This document shows, piece after piece, positions 20,434-30,185 of a stretch of 64,000 bases of DNA. The stretch lies in the NCBI RefSeq assembly GCF_004765795.1, contig NZ_SBIV01000001.1, forward strand, positions 124,001 through 188,000, written 5' to 3'. The first letter of the stretch is position 1; each line of letters opens with the position of its first letter. Under the pieces are notes generated by a model that did not search any database, was not told the origin of the DNA, and saw nothing but the letters and a program-made list of their open reading frames with translations. This DNA comes from Halorussus marinus (GTDB taxonomy: Archaea; Halobacteriota; Halobacteria; Halobacteriales; Haladaptataceae). The position numbers were made by a program, and so were the translations under genes.

Positions 20434-20526
20434 GCTTCCGGCTACGAGGACCGCATACAAGAAATTTCTTTTCGTAAGCGCCGCCTTCGACCCGAACGAT
20501 GATGAAAGACCTCGCGACCGAGAAGA

Positions 20527-21642
20527 TCAGGAGCTCTCGAACGCCTCGAACAGCGCCTTCCGGGTGCTCGCGTCGATGAGCATGTCGAGGGTCTCTTCCT
20601 GATCGTCGTCGACCTGCGAGAACAGTCCGAGGGGGACCCGGGCCGTCGCGGCGTCGGTGTTGCCGCCGGTGGTCTCGCTGGTCTCGAACGCGGAGTCGAG
20701 GATGTCGAACGCGTTGGTCCGGACGTCCTCGGCGCGACACGACACCACGATGGTCTCCTCGTGTATCCCGAACACCGCCGCGGTCGAGACGCCTTCGAGC
20801 CGGAGCATGGCGTCGGCGGCCTCTTCGAGCGCCGAGACCGCCGGGATCGACCCGACGTTCGTCACCGCGAAGCTCGCCCGGCGCTCGCGGTTGGCGATCG
20901 CGTCGCCGATCACGTCGAAGGTGTCGCCGCTCATGCCGGGCGATCGGAGGTCCTCGATGCGCCCGAGGTCGGCGTAGGTGTGGAGGTAGCCGGCGGCCTC
21001 GTAGTCCTGCTGGCCGTTCGCCCGGCGGAACTCCCGCGTGCCGGCCCGGATGCCGTGAAGGAGCGCGGTCGCGATCCGCTGGTCGGGGACCACGTTCTCG
21101 GTCTGGAGGAATCGCGCGACCGTGGTCGAGGTCGAGCCGTCTTCGGTGGGCGTCACCGTCAGGATGTTCTCCGCGGCGGTCGGCCGGTGGCGGACCACCG
21201 CGACCACCGGCGGGTTGTTCGAGAGCCGGGGGACCGCCCCGCCCCCGCCGACCGCGATCGCGGCGTCGAACTCGGTCAGCTCCTCGCTCCCGTCGCCGAT
21301 GACCGCGAACTCGAGGTCGAAGATGTTCGAGAACGCCTTGGTGTCCTCGCCGGTGATCTCTCCCTCCGCGAACAGTCGGGCGGTGACGCCCCACTCCTTG
21401 CAGAGTGCCCGGAGCCCGACCGCCGCCGCGAGCGCGTCGATGCTCGGGCCGTCGGGCACCACCAGCGCGACCCGGTTCTGGCCGGCGACCGTGTTCTTGA
21501 GCGCGTCGACCGGTGCGGGCTCGCGATCGCGTCGCCAGCCGGTGACCGACCGGGCGGCGTAGAGGACGACTCCACCGGCGACCACCACCGTGGCTGCCAT
21601 CGCGGCTAACTCCGCGTTCCCGAATCCGGTCCCGAGCGCCAT
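20527..21642 (-). CDS. Membrane-anchored DHH/DHHA1-fold protein with degenerate catalytic motifs
   Basis: N-terminal TM; PSIDALAA, ATALLHGIRAGT, AADAMLRLEGVST, SCR, GGN..AA.A.VPLG align to DHH/DHHA1 positions. Confidence 0.85.
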   Translation of the reverse strand: MALGTGFGNAELAAMAATVVVAGGVVLYAARSVTGWRRDREPAPVDALKNTVAGQNRVALVVPDGPSIDALAAAVGLRALCKEWGVTARLFAEGEITGEDTKAFSNIFDLEFAVIGDGSEELTEFDAAIAVGGGGAVPRLSNNPPVVAVVRHRPTAAENILTVTPTEDGSTSTTVARFLQTENVVPDQRIATALLHGIRAGTREFRRANGQQDYEAAGYLHTYADLGRIEDLRSPGMSGDTFDVIGDAIANRERRASFAVTNVGSIPAVSALEEAADAMLRLEGVSTAAVFGIHEETIVVSCRAEDVRTNAFDILDSAFETSETTGGNTDAATARVPLGLFSQVDDDQEETLDMLIDASTRKALFEAFESS

Positions 21643-21731
21643 CGCTTCGGGGTCCCGATTCCAGCGATAAATATTTTCGGGAGGCCGTCCGGAACGTGAA
21701 AATACTCTGCAGACCGAGGGCGGCCGATCGA

Positions 21732-22265
21732 CTACGCGAACGTCTCGTCGTAGAGGTCCATCGCGTGCTCGATCGCGTCTTTGGCCGCCTGCTTGTCCTC
21801 CCAGCCCAGCGTCTCGACTTCCTTGCCCTCCTCGAGGTTCTTGTAGGTCGCGAAGAACTCGTCGATCTCGTCGAGGGTCTGTTGGGGGATGTCGTCGAGG
21901 TCCTCGACGTGGTCGTAGCGGGGGTCTTCGGTCGGCACCGCGATGACCTTGTCGTCCTGCTCGCCGTCGTCGTCCATCTTCATCAGCGCGACCGGGCGGG
22001 CCTCGACGATACAGCCCGGGAACGTCTGGTCCTCGACGAGGACGAGCACGTCGAAGGGGTCCTCGTCGTCGTAGTACGACTGGGGGATGAACCCGTAGTC
22101 GCTGGGGTAGTGGACGTTGCTGTGGAGGACGCGATCGAGCACGACGCCGGGGACGTCCTTGTCGTACTCGTACTTGTTGCGTTCGCCTTTGAGACACTCG
22201 ACGACGGCGTAGATCTCCTCGGGCGGGTTCGGTCCGGCTTCCAGGTCTTCCCAGAGGTTCGTCAT
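21732..22265 (-). CDS. ppa: Inorganic pyrophosphatase (family I)
   Basis: KYEYDK, LDRVL, YPSDYGFIPQS, DEDPFD, DDK. Confidence 0.98.
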   Translation of the reverse strand: MTNLWEDLEAGPNPPEEIYAVVECLKGERNKYEYDKDVPGVVLDRVLHSNVHYPSDYGFIPQSYYDDEDPFDVLVLVEDQTFPGCIVEARPVALMKMDDDGEQDDKVIAVPTEDPRYDHVEDLDDIPQQTLDEIDEFFATYKNLEEGKEVETLGWEDKQAAKDAIEHAMDLYDETFA

Positions 22266-22456
22266 GTGCAGTTCGTGAGTCGGTCCGAAGTCGGCAAAGT
22301 CCTTTCGGCATCTATCGGGGTCTCCCGAATCGTCACGACGCGTGACAGCTCCCGATAATCCACGAACTGGTATTTAAACTGCGTAACGTCTGGTACTACA
22401 ACTCGGGGGTAAATTTCAGAAACTCGGCCCGAGTTGGGAAGGATTAAATACGAGCG

Positions 22457-22476
22457 TGACAAATTATCGACTGTCA
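22457..22476. promoter_or_regulatory. Inverted repeat TGACA-N10-TGTCA between the TATA box and start of rosR (candidate operator)
   Basis: Perfect 5-bp arms downstream of TTAAATA (22444-22450). Confidence 0.45.
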
Positions 22477-22482
22477 GAGTCT

Positions 22483-22839
22483 ATGTCAGAGGCACAGACA
22501 CTCACAGAGACGAGTACCGCTCGCAACCTCACCGCGTTCCAGCAGAACATCCTGACCATCCTCTCCGAGGAGCCGATGTACGGCCTCGCCATCAAGCGCG
22601 AACTCGAAGAGTTCTACGGCGAAGAGGTCAATCACGGACGTCTGTACCCCAACCTCGACACGCTCGTCGAGAAGGGCTACGTCGAGAAGAGCGAGCTCGA
22701 CAAGCGGACCAACCAGTACGAGCTGACCGACGAGGGCCTCGCGGTCGTCGTCGACGCGCTCCAGTGGACCCTCTCGAAGTTCGTCACCGACGACGAACGC
22801 GCCGAGCAGGTTCGGGAGCTCGTCGCCGACACCGAGTAG
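22483..22839 (+). CDS. rosR: PadR-family winged-helix regulator, RosR ortholog
   Basis: LTAFQQNIL..YGLAIKRELE..YGEEVNHGRLYPNLD..KSELDKRTN..WTLSKFV closely resembles Halobacterium RosR; divergent from ppa. Confidence 0.85.
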   Translation: MSEAQTLTETSTARNLTAFQQNILTILSEEPMYGLAIKRELEEFYGEEVNHGRLYPNLDTLVEKGYVEKSELDKRTNQYELTDEGLAVVVDALQWTLSKFVTDDERAEQVRELVADTE

Positions 22840-23385
22840 TCACTCCTCGGCCGCCTCGAGCGCGAGCTCGACGGACTCCCCCACGACCGCTCGCTGTTTC
22901 TCCGACGGCCAGGCGTTCCGCGGAAAGTACTCCGTTAGAAACTCGTTCGCTTCGTCCGGGGTCGCCGATTCGATCGGCCGCGCGTAGTGGTTGCTCATGA
23001 AGTCGGCGAACGCCGCCGCGTTGTCGCCGTGGACCTCGCCGTGGGCCGCACGGACCCGAGCCGCCACTTCGCGGTTGCGTTCGGCGACCGCGTCCCAGTC
23101 GTCGGGGTCGCCGGCGCCGGCGAGTCGGATTTCGACCGCCCGGTCGGTGTCGTCGATCCGATCGGTGCGGATCGTTCCCTCGTCGGTCCACTCGTCGGGG
23201 TGGAGGACCAGCGTCTCGGCGTCGTCGTCCTCGCGGACCCGCGAGGTGAACCCGTGCTCGGCGAGCAGGTCGGTCCGTTCCTCGCGGTAGGCCTCGGCTT
23301 CGGCGTCGTCGACCGCCTCGCGGGCGAGTCGCGTGAGTCGTTCGGCTCGGTCCGCGGTCTCGTCTGGGAGTTGATCCTCAGCCAT
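22840..23385 (-). CDS. Conserved haloarchaeal hypothetical protein (rnhA-operon protein)
   Basis: Overlaps rnhA stop; TLVLHP.EW, FADFMSNHY, EYFPRNAWP. Confidence 0.85.
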   Translation of the reverse strand: MAEDQLPDETADRAERLTRLAREAVDDAEAEAYREERTDLLAEHGFTSRVREDDDAETLVLHPDEWTDEGTIRTDRIDDTDRAVEIRLAGAGDPDDWDAVAERNREVAARVRAAHGEVHGDNAAAFADFMSNHYARPIESATPDEANEFLTEYFPRNAWPSEKQRAVVGESVELALEAAEE

Positions 23386-23971
23386 CGTCGAGCGCCTCGT
23401 TCGCGAGGTTGTCGGCGCGTTCGTTTATCTCTCTCGGGACGTGGCTGAGCTCCCAGTCGTCGAACGCCGCGAGGAGTTCGCGCACCGTCACCCTGTGTTC
23501 GCGGAGTTCGGGGTCGTTGGCGTTCCACGCGCCGGTGACCTGCCTGACGATGAGTTCGGAGTCGCCTTTCACCTCGACCGTGTCGAACCCGTAGTCGCGG
23601 GCCGCCCGGAGCGCGCGGATCAGCGCCTCGTACTCGGCCTGATTGTTCGTCGCGCGCCCGATGCGCTCGCCGCCCTCGGCCGCGATGCCGTCGCTCGTGA
23701 CCAGCACCCACCCGACCGCCGCGGGCCCGGGATTTCCCCGGCTCGCGCCGTCGAAGTAGACGTAGGCGTGACCGCCCTCCTCGCGGAGGAGCGCCTCGAT
23801 GTCCTGCGGATTAGACCCCTGTACGACCACCTTCCCGTCGTAGGCGACCGCCACCGCGTCGCCGTACTCGGCGCGCCAGCGTTCGTGGTCGGAGTCGCCC
23901 GACGAGAGCCGAGCGCCCGCGTCGGCGAGCGTCTCGCGGGCGTCGTCGACGTCGCACTCGATGACGGGCAT
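23378..23971 (-). CDS. rnhA: Ribonuclease HI with haloarchaeal N-terminal domain
   Basis: YFDGASRGNPG, TNNQAEYEAL, GDSEL, HVPREINERAD. Confidence 0.96.
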   Translation of the reverse strand: MPVIECDVDDARETLADAGARLSSGDSDHERWRAEYGDAVAVAYDGKVVVQGSNPQDIEALLREEGGHAYVYFDGASRGNPGPAAVGWVLVTSDGIAAEGGERIGRATNNQAEYEALIRALRAARDYGFDTVEVKGDSELIVRQVTGAWNANDPELREHRVTVRELLAAFDDWELSHVPREINERADNLANEALDDG

Positions 23972-24148
23972 GGGGTCACGTCCACGATACCGGCATTTAC
24001 GCTTTCCGATACCCGTCTCGTCGGGCGATTCGCGCGGAAGGCTCGATTTCGTCGGGCTGGCGTCGCGGGGCGTATTCTGTCGGACCTGATCGGTCGGAAG
24101 TTTCGGCCGAGGGTTTAAGTGCGTTGGAAGTACTACTATAAAAGTGCG

Positions 24149-25111
24149 ATGACACGGTCCACTCGCCAGCGGGAGCGCCAAGCCGAGGCGGAGCAACAGG
24201 AGGAGGAAGAGGGTGTACGGGAGTGTCCGGAGTGTAACTCCGACAACCTGGTCAAGAGTTCCGACAGGGCGGAACTCGTGTGCGAAGACTGCGGTCTGGT
24301 CGTCGAGGAAGAGCAGATCGACCCGGGTCCTGAGTGGCGGGCGTTCAACCACCAGGAGCGCCAGGAGAAGTCACGGGTCGGCGCCCCGACGACCCAGACG
24401 ATGCACGACAAGGGACTGACGACCACTATCGACTGGAAGGACAAGGACGCCTACGGGCGGTCGATCTCCTCGAAAAAGCGGAGTCAGATGCACCGACTCC
24501 GAAAGTGGCAAGAGCGCATCCGCACCAAAGACGCCGGCGAGCGCAATCTCCAGTTCGCCCTGAGCGAAATCGACCGGATGGCCTCGGCACTCGGCGTCCC
24601 GCGGTCGGTGCGGGAGGTCGCGTCGGTGATCTACCGGCGCGCGCTCAAGGAGGACCTGATCCGAGGGCGCTCGATCGAAGGGGTCGCCACCTCCGCGCTG
24701 TACGCCGCCTGTCGAAAGGAAGGCATCCCGCGAAGCCTCGAAGAGATTTCGGAGGTATCGCGGGTCGAGCGAAAGGAGATCGGCCGCACCTATCGGTACA
24801 TCTCTCAGGAACTCGGACTCGAGATGAAACCGGTCGACCCCAAAAAGTACGTCCCGCGGTTCTGTTCTGAACTCGAACTCAGCGAAGAAGTCCAGACGAA
24901 AGCTAACGAGATCATCGAGACGACCGCCGAGGAGGGCCTGCTCTCTGGCAAGTCCCCGACCGGCTACGCCGCCGCCGCCATCTACGCCGCCTCGCTTTTG
25001 TGCAACGAGAAAAAGACCCAGCGGGAGGTCGCCGACGTCGCGCAGGTGACCGAGGTCACCATCCGCAATCGCTATCAGGAACAGATCGAAGCGATGGGCA
25101 TCCACAGCTAG
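24149..25111 (+). CDS. tfb: Transcription initiation factor IIB
   Basis: CPEC..CEDCG Zn ribbon, GPEWRAF, two cyclin repeats, TEVTIRNRY. Confidence 0.98.
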   Translation: MTRSTRQRERQAEAEQQEEEEGVRECPECNSDNLVKSSDRAELVCEDCGLVVEEEQIDPGPEWRAFNHQERQEKSRVGAPTTQTMHDKGLTTTIDWKDKDAYGRSISSKKRSQMHRLRKWQERIRTKDAGERNLQFALSEIDRMASALGVPRSVREVASVIYRRALKEDLIRGRSIEGVATSALYAACRKEGIPRSLEEISEVSRVERKEIGRTYRYISQELGLEMKPVDPKKYVPRFCSELELSEEVQTKANEIIETTAEEGLLSGKSPTGYAAAAIYAASLLCNEKKTQREVADVAQVTEVTIRNRYQEQIEAMGIHS

Positions 25112-25196
25112 GTGGCCTCGCGCCGGAGCGAGCCGGACCGTCCGGTCGCCCCGAAGCGAGTAAGCTTCAAACCCGTCCGGTCCCAAGGGGAGTCGA

Positions 25197-26456
25197 ATGC
25201 GGCTCGACGAGTACATCGAGGACCTCGAACCCGACGCCGACCAGCGCCGCCGACGCCTCGCCGAAGAAAAATCCTACGAGATCCTCGACTACGTCGACGA
25301 GGTCAAAGACCGCTTCGCCGACGTGGCGCAGGGCGACTCGCTGGTCGGTAGCACCTCCCCGTCGGTGTTCGTGGGCCGATCGAACTACCCCAACGTCTCG
25401 ACCGGCATCCTCTCGCCGGTCGGCGAAGAAGAGCGGGCCGCCGAGTTCGCCACCAGCAGCGAGTGGTACGAGCGCGGACTCGACATCGACAACGTGCTCC
25501 AGTATCGGACCGGGCTCCTGAACTCGAACCACTCGGCCGACGTCGAGAACGTCGCCGAGGCGTGGGACGGGTTCGTCGGCACCCAGCGGGAGGTCGCGAT
25601 CGCCGACCGACCGGTCGACGTCGAGATCGGGCTCTCGGACTCGCTGGACCTCGATCTGGACGTCGACGACATCACGACCCCGACGGGCCCGTCGGCGCGG
25701 GCGACCTCCGCGGACCTCACCGAGAACCCCCACGTCCCGCGCCCGGTCAAAAAGACCCTCGAAGACGACGACTGGCAGGCCCAGGGCGCGATGACCTACC
25801 TCTACCGCCGGGGCTTCGACGTCTACGAGATCAACGACATCCTCTCGGCCGGCGCGCTCGGGCGCGGCCAGAACCGGCGGCTGGTCCCTACCCGGTGGTC
25901 GATCACCGCGGTCGACGACACCATCGGGCAGTTCCTCCGGGGCCAGATCACCACGAACCCCGGCGTCGACGAGACGCAGGTCTGGGTGAACGAGTACGTC
26001 GGCAACCGCTACTGGGTGATCCTCACGCCCGGTCAGTGGGAGTTCGAACTCGTCGAGATGAAAGCGCCGGGTAGCATCTGGAATCAGGACCCGACCGGCG
26101 AGACGTGGATGGCCAGCGCCTCGGAGGGGTTCGACGGTCGGACCGGCTACGTCGACGAGACCGCCGGCGCCTACTACGCCTCCCGGCTGGCAGTGCTCGA
26201 ACACCTCGAATCCATCGGACGGCAGGCCAAGTGTCTGGTCCTCCGGGAGGTCTCGGACGACTACTGGGCGCCGGTCGGCGTCTGGCAGATCCGCGAGAGC
26301 GTCCGGAACGCCTTCGAGGGAGAGTACGGCGCGGCCGAGACCTTCCACGGCGCGGTTCGCGAACTGGCCCCACAGCTCCCGGTGGCGCTGGGGGACCTCC
26401 GGCGCAAGTCAGACATGCTCTCGGGCCTGCAGGCTAACCTCGCGGACTTCTCGTGA
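25197..26456 (+). CDS. nreA: DNA repair protein NreA
   Basis: SPSVFVGR..YP, RRLVPTRWSITAVDD, GAYYASRL, PVGVWQIRE; C-terminal PIP-like QANLADF. Confidence 0.93.
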   Translation: MRLDEYIEDLEPDADQRRRRLAEEKSYEILDYVDEVKDRFADVAQGDSLVGSTSPSVFVGRSNYPNVSTGILSPVGEEERAAEFATSSEWYERGLDIDNVLQYRTGLLNSNHSADVENVAEAWDGFVGTQREVAIADRPVDVEIGLSDSLDLDLDVDDITTPTGPSARATSADLTENPHVPRPVKKTLEDDDWQAQGAMTYLYRRGFDVYEINDILSAGALGRGQNRRLVPTRWSITAVDDTIGQFLRGQITTNPGVDETQVWVNEYVGNRYWVILTPGQWEFELVEMKAPGSIWNQDPTGETWMASASEGFDGRTGYVDETAGAYYASRLAVLEHLESIGRQAKCLVLREVSDDYWAPVGVWQIRESVRNAFEGEYGAAETFHGAVRELAPQLPVALGDLRRKSDMLSGLQANLADFS

Positions 26457-26490
26457 CAAGACTTATTCTGACGCTCCGGCGACGTCCGGT

Positions 26491-26712
26491 ATGATCCCCC
26501 TGTTCGGGGCGGTCCCCGGCGGAATGGAACTGGCCGTTATCCTCCTTATCGCGCTCGTGGTGTTCGGGCTCCCGCTGGTGTTGCTCGGCGGGAGCGTCTA
26601 CCTCTTCGGTCGGTCGAACGCCGACGGCTCGGAGACCGAAGAGCTCGCGGCGCTCCGCCGGGAAGTCGAGCGACTGCGCGAGGAGGTCGAGCGGCTGGAC
26701 GACGAATCGTAA
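26491..26712 (+). CDS. Small membrane protein with TatA-like N-terminus and C-terminal coiled coil
   Basis: PLFGAVPGGMELAVILLI; TM helix; ELAALRREVERLREE. Confidence 0.75.
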   Translation: MIPLFGAVPGGMELAVILLIALVVFGLPLVLLGGSVYLFGRSNADGSETEELAALRREVERLREEVERLDDES

Positions 26713-26715
26713 CCC

Positions 26716-26757
26716 CGCCGCGTCGAGGTTCGACTACGCCGTGTCGAGGTTCGACCA
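26716..26757. repeat. 21-bp near-perfect tandem duplication spanning the DUF302 stop codon
   Basis: CGCCGCGTCGAGGTTCGACTA / CGCCGTGTCGAGGTTCGACCA. Confidence 0.8.
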
Positions 26758-27183
26758 CGCCTCGTCGACGTACTCGCCGGTATCGGCGACGATATCGTCC
26801 CATTCCTCGTCGTCGGGTGCGAGCCCGAGCAGGCGAGCCCCACGCATGATGCTGACGTGGTAGACTTTCTGTCGCCCCGGTTGCTCCTCCCAGACGACCA
26901 CGTTACACGGGAACAGCGCGCCGATGCGACCGTCGCTGGCGTCGAGCGCGCGATCGGCCACCTCGGGGTTGCACGCGCCGAGCACGTAGTAGGGATCGCG
27001 GTCGGCGTCGACCTTCTCGTTGAGCATCTCGGCGGGCGAGAACTCGACCGGGACGCCGAATCCCGCGTCGACGAACGCCTCCCGGACGTGTTCGATCGCG
27101 GTCTCGTGGTCCATCTCCAGGGTCGCTTCCATCTCGCCGACGTCGTCGCCGTCGAGTGCCGTGGGGTCAATTGGAAGACTCAT
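26734..27183 (-). CDS. DUF302 domain protein
   Basis: GFGV, YYVLGACNP..A..AL, IGALFPCNVVV. Confidence 0.9.
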   Translation of the reverse strand: MSLPIDPTALDGDDVGEMEATLEMDHETAIEHVREAFVDAGFGVPVEFSPAEMLNEKVDADRDPYYVLGACNPEVADRALDASDGRIGALFPCNVVVWEEQPGRQKVYHVSIMRGARLLGLAPDDEEWDDIVADTGEYVDEAWSNLDTA

Positions 27184-27264
27184 GCAAGACTCCCTTCGTG
27201 CCCGACCCTAAAAAGGTGCGCGCCCGGTCGGGGCGGGACGGCGGCGGTCGCGGGACGAGCGGTC

Positions 27265-27945
27265 TCAGAGCGACACCGGGAGCCACGACAGCCACCGCAG
27301 GACGCGCTCGGTCGCGATGATCGGCGGGTGCAACACCAGCCAGTCCAGCAGGGCCAACCCCAGTCCGTGGGCGACCACCGACGGGAGGATCGAGTCGCTC
27401 TGGTAGTCGACCGCGCCGAACAGCACGTCGGTCGGTCCCGACAGCGCCAGTTCGATCGGCGGCTTGTAGAGGTGGTGAAACGCGTAGACGACCGGGCTGA
27501 TGAAGACGCTCTTGAACCCGAGTTCGCGGACGCCGACACAGAGCAGTCCCCGGTAATAAGTCTCTGCGGCCGCCGCGATGACGAACTGCTTGAGCGCGTG
27601 GGGCAGAAACTCCCCGAGCGCGGCGCCGGTCTCCCACATGGGGTAGTAGCTCCGGATCGTCGGGAGCGACGAGCCGACGACGTAGAACGGGACCACGAAA
27701 AGCGAGAGCAACAGCGTGTTCCGGACCGCGCGCCGGTCGACGCGAAAGCCGAGGTGTCGGCCGTGGGTGATCGCGAGGACGGCGGGCGCGAGGATGTAGA
27801 CGGTGACGTCGCGGACGAGGCGCTCGTGCAGTCCGGCCACGTCCCACGACATCCACGCGACGGTGAGGACGCCGCCAGCGACCAGCGCGCGCTGGACCCA
27901 CCCCAGACCGGCGAGCCGTCGGCGGACCGTCCGCGCGACCGACAC
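27265..27945 (-). CDS. CPBP (Abi/CAAX) family intramembrane metalloprotease
   Basis: AETYYRG, YAFHH, S.VAHG motifs; TM helices; GTG start. Confidence 0.85.
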   Translation of the reverse strand: MSVARTVRRRLAGLGWVQRALVAGGVLTVAWMSWDVAGLHERLVRDVTVYILAPAVLAITHGRHLGFRVDRRAVRNTLLLSLFVVPFYVVGSSLPTIRSYYPMWETGAALGEFLPHALKQFVIAAAAETYYRGLLCVGVRELGFKSVFISPVVYAFHHLYKPPIELALSGPTDVLFGAVDYQSDSILPSVVAHGLGLALLDWLVLHPPIIATERVLRWLSWLPVSL

Positions 27946-27946
27946 G

Positions 27947-28234
27947 TTACTCGTCGGCGGTCGGTACCGCGCCGGTGGCGGTGACCGCCCGGATCTCGCC
28001 GAGGAAATCCCGCTGGCTCTCGAAGTAGGTCTCCTCGACGTCGGTCAGCAGGTCGCCCAACTCGCGGGGGCCCTCGGGGGTCCGGACGGTCTCGTCGCCA
28101 ACTCTCCGAGCGACTTCGCTCTTCTGGATCGGCCAGTGCAGTCGGGAGGCGAGGCGCGCGACCGGCGCGCCGTCGACCGGTTCGCCCTCGCCGAGTTCGA
28201 CGGCTGGCTCGTCGTCTTCGTTTTCGTCGGCCAT
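27947..28234 (-). CDS. Small haloarchaeal hypothetical protein (DUF5789-like)
   Basis: GAPVARLASRLHWP, RTPEGP; 1 nt upstream of CPBP gene. Confidence 0.8.
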   Translation of the reverse strand: MADENEDDEPAVELGEGEPVDGAPVARLASRLHWPIQKSEVARRVGDETVRTPEGPRELGDLLTDVEETYFESQRDFLGEIRAVTATGAVPTADE

Positions 28235-28390
28235 GGCCGCCGATTCGGAGTCCTCCCGATTAGAGCTTTCGGAACGGCCTCTCACCGCGAGCGCGTCGGC
28301 CGGCGTTCCGCGCCGGCGGGGCCCGCCCGGACCGCCCGCGATCCGCCGTCGGGTCCCGTCCCGCGAGCCGACACGCGCCGCGAGCGAGCC

Positions 28391-28696
28391 TCAGTCGTGG
28401 ACCACGACCTGACCGTCGCTGTAGACGGTTACCTCGTATTCGAGGAGCGTAAACGCCACATGGCCGGTCCCGCGGGGCTGTCCGTTGTGCCTGTCGCTGA
28501 ACAGGTTGTCGAGGGCGTCGGGGTCGATCTGGTCGTAGAGCGACGCCCCGAGCTCGGCGGGTTCGACGCCGGCCGCGTCGGCGACCGCGTCTATCACCGC
28601 GGTGCTGAGCGGCTCGTCCCGACGCTGGGACGCGTTCGATGGTTTCCCGGTAGTGGCGACTGTCTCGTTTGGATTTTCGGTCAGGTTCTCGGTCAT
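28391..28696 (-). CDS. HalOD1 output-domain protein
   Basis: STAVIDAVA, LYDQIDPDALDNLF, V.F....YEVTV..DG.V. Confidence 0.9.
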   Translation of the reverse strand: MTENLTENPNETVATTGKPSNASQRRDEPLSTAVIDAVADAAGVEPAELGASLYDQIDPDALDNLFSDRHNGQPRGTGHVAFTLLEYEVTVYSDGQVVVHD

Positions 28697-28790
28697 TCGT
28701 TGTCCTCCTCCGCAAGCGGGAGTGTTTAGCGTTGGCGGTGCAAAGAATAAAAACTCTCCGCATAACATTGAATATATTAGGCCGATCACA

Positions 28791-30074
28791 TTACGGTCTG
28801 CGCTCGGCGATCTCGCGGACGGCACCCGCGAGCACGTCGATCCCGATCGGGATCGACTCCTCGTCGACGTCGAAGGTCGCGGTGTGATGGCCGCCGGGGT
28901 GGTCGGTCCCGACCCCGACGTACGCGGCCCGGCCGCCGTTCTGCTGGACCGTCCGCATCAGGTACGTCGCGTCCTCGCTTCCGCCGAGTTCGTCGCGGTC
29001 GACGACGGTGTCGACGCCGTCGGTCGTCCCGGCCACGTCGCCGACCACGTCGACGAGCTCCTGATCGCTCTCGGCGCTCGGGGCCTCGCCGTTGGTCGAG
29101 CGCTCGACGGTACAGCCGTGCATCTCGGCGGCCGATTCGAGCGCGCGCTCGGCCCGGGCTTTCATGTAGTCTTTGAGCTCGGTCGTCTCGCCGCGCACCT
29201 CCCCCTCGACGTGGGCGCTCTCGGCGATGATGTTCGTCGCGGTGCCGCCGCCGATCTTCCCGGCGTTGACCCGGGTCGCACCGTCCTCGTGGCGCGGGAT
29301 CGCGTAGAGGTTCTGGATCGCGGTCGCGACCGCCTGAATGGCGTTCTCGCCGTCGTTGGGCTGGCCGCCGGCGTGGGCCGGTTCGCCCTCGAACTCCGCG
29401 CGGAAGTGGCTGACCGCGAGAAAGCCGTCCAGCCCCGCGACGACCTCGCCGGTCGGGTGGTCGAGCCCGACGTGGGCCGCGAGCAGGTACTCGACGTCGT
29501 CGATGTGGTCGCTCTCGGCCATCGCCTTCCCGCCAGCGATCATCTCCTCGCCGGGCTGGAAGAACACCTTGAGGGTGCCCTCGAAGTCGCTGTCGGCGAT
29601 CGCCTCGATCACGCCGACGCCGAAGGTCGCGTGGGCGTCGTGACCGCAGGCGTGCATCGCGCCGTCGTGTTCGGACCGGAACCCCTCGGCGACGGGGGCG
29701 TGATCGTCGTCGGTCGACTCCGCACGGAGGAGCCCGTCGATGTCGACTCTGAGTCCGACCGTCGGCCCGTCGCCGGCCTCGACGACCGCGACCGCGCCGG
29801 TGTAGCCGCCCTCAAGCCGTTCGAGTATCTCCTCGTCGGCGCCCGCGTCGCGGGCCTGCTCGTACCACGTCTCGAGTTCGTCGTCGCCGGGAACCGCCAT
29901 CCGCTCGTCCTCGGCGACGGCGTCGCGTCCGACGTGGAGTTCGTCGACGCCGATCCGTTCGAGTTCCTCGACGATGCGGGCGGTGGTGTAGAACTCCCGC
30001 CACGCCGGCTCGGGGTGTCGGTGGAGGTCTCGTCGGAGTTCGATGAGTCGGTCGCGTTCGGCCTGCTGGCTCAT
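28791..30074 (-). CDS. M20D amidohydrolase (AbgA-like)
   Basis: RRDLHRHPE, MHACGHD, FQPGEE, GSED, HH..TFD. Confidence 0.93.
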   Translation of the reverse strand: MSQQAERDRLIELRRDLHRHPEPAWREFYTTARIVEELERIGVDELHVGRDAVAEDERMAVPGDDELETWYEQARDAGADEEILERLEGGYTGAVAVVEAGDGPTVGLRVDIDGLLRAESTDDDHAPVAEGFRSEHDGAMHACGHDAHATFGVGVIEAIADSDFEGTLKVFFQPGEEMIAGGKAMAESDHIDDVEYLLAAHVGLDHPTGEVVAGLDGFLAVSHFRAEFEGEPAHAGGQPNDGENAIQAVATAIQNLYAIPRHEDGATRVNAGKIGGGTATNIIAESAHVEGEVRGETTELKDYMKARAERALESAAEMHGCTVERSTNGEAPSAESDQELVDVVGDVAGTTDGVDTVVDRDELGGSEDATYLMRTVQQNGGRAAYVGVGTDHPGGHHTATFDVDEESIPIGIDVLAGAVREIAERRP

Positions 30075-30185
30075 ATCCGCCCCGTGGCGCGCCCGGACCT
30101 TAAGTGCTTGAGGCCCGGCAAGGTGCGCTCCCGAGATTGAACGGTTACTTAAGGGTCCCACGGATACTCTCGACCGAGGCCTACT

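Noticed and set aside
26491..26712. tatA gene
   Set aside because: Shares the PGGMEL N-terminus but lacks the FG hinge followed by K(L/I)P amphipathic helix, and no tatC is nearby
26716..26757. Palindromic repeat pair as a possible CRISPR array
   Set aside because: Only two adjacent 21-bp units, no spacers, no cas genes
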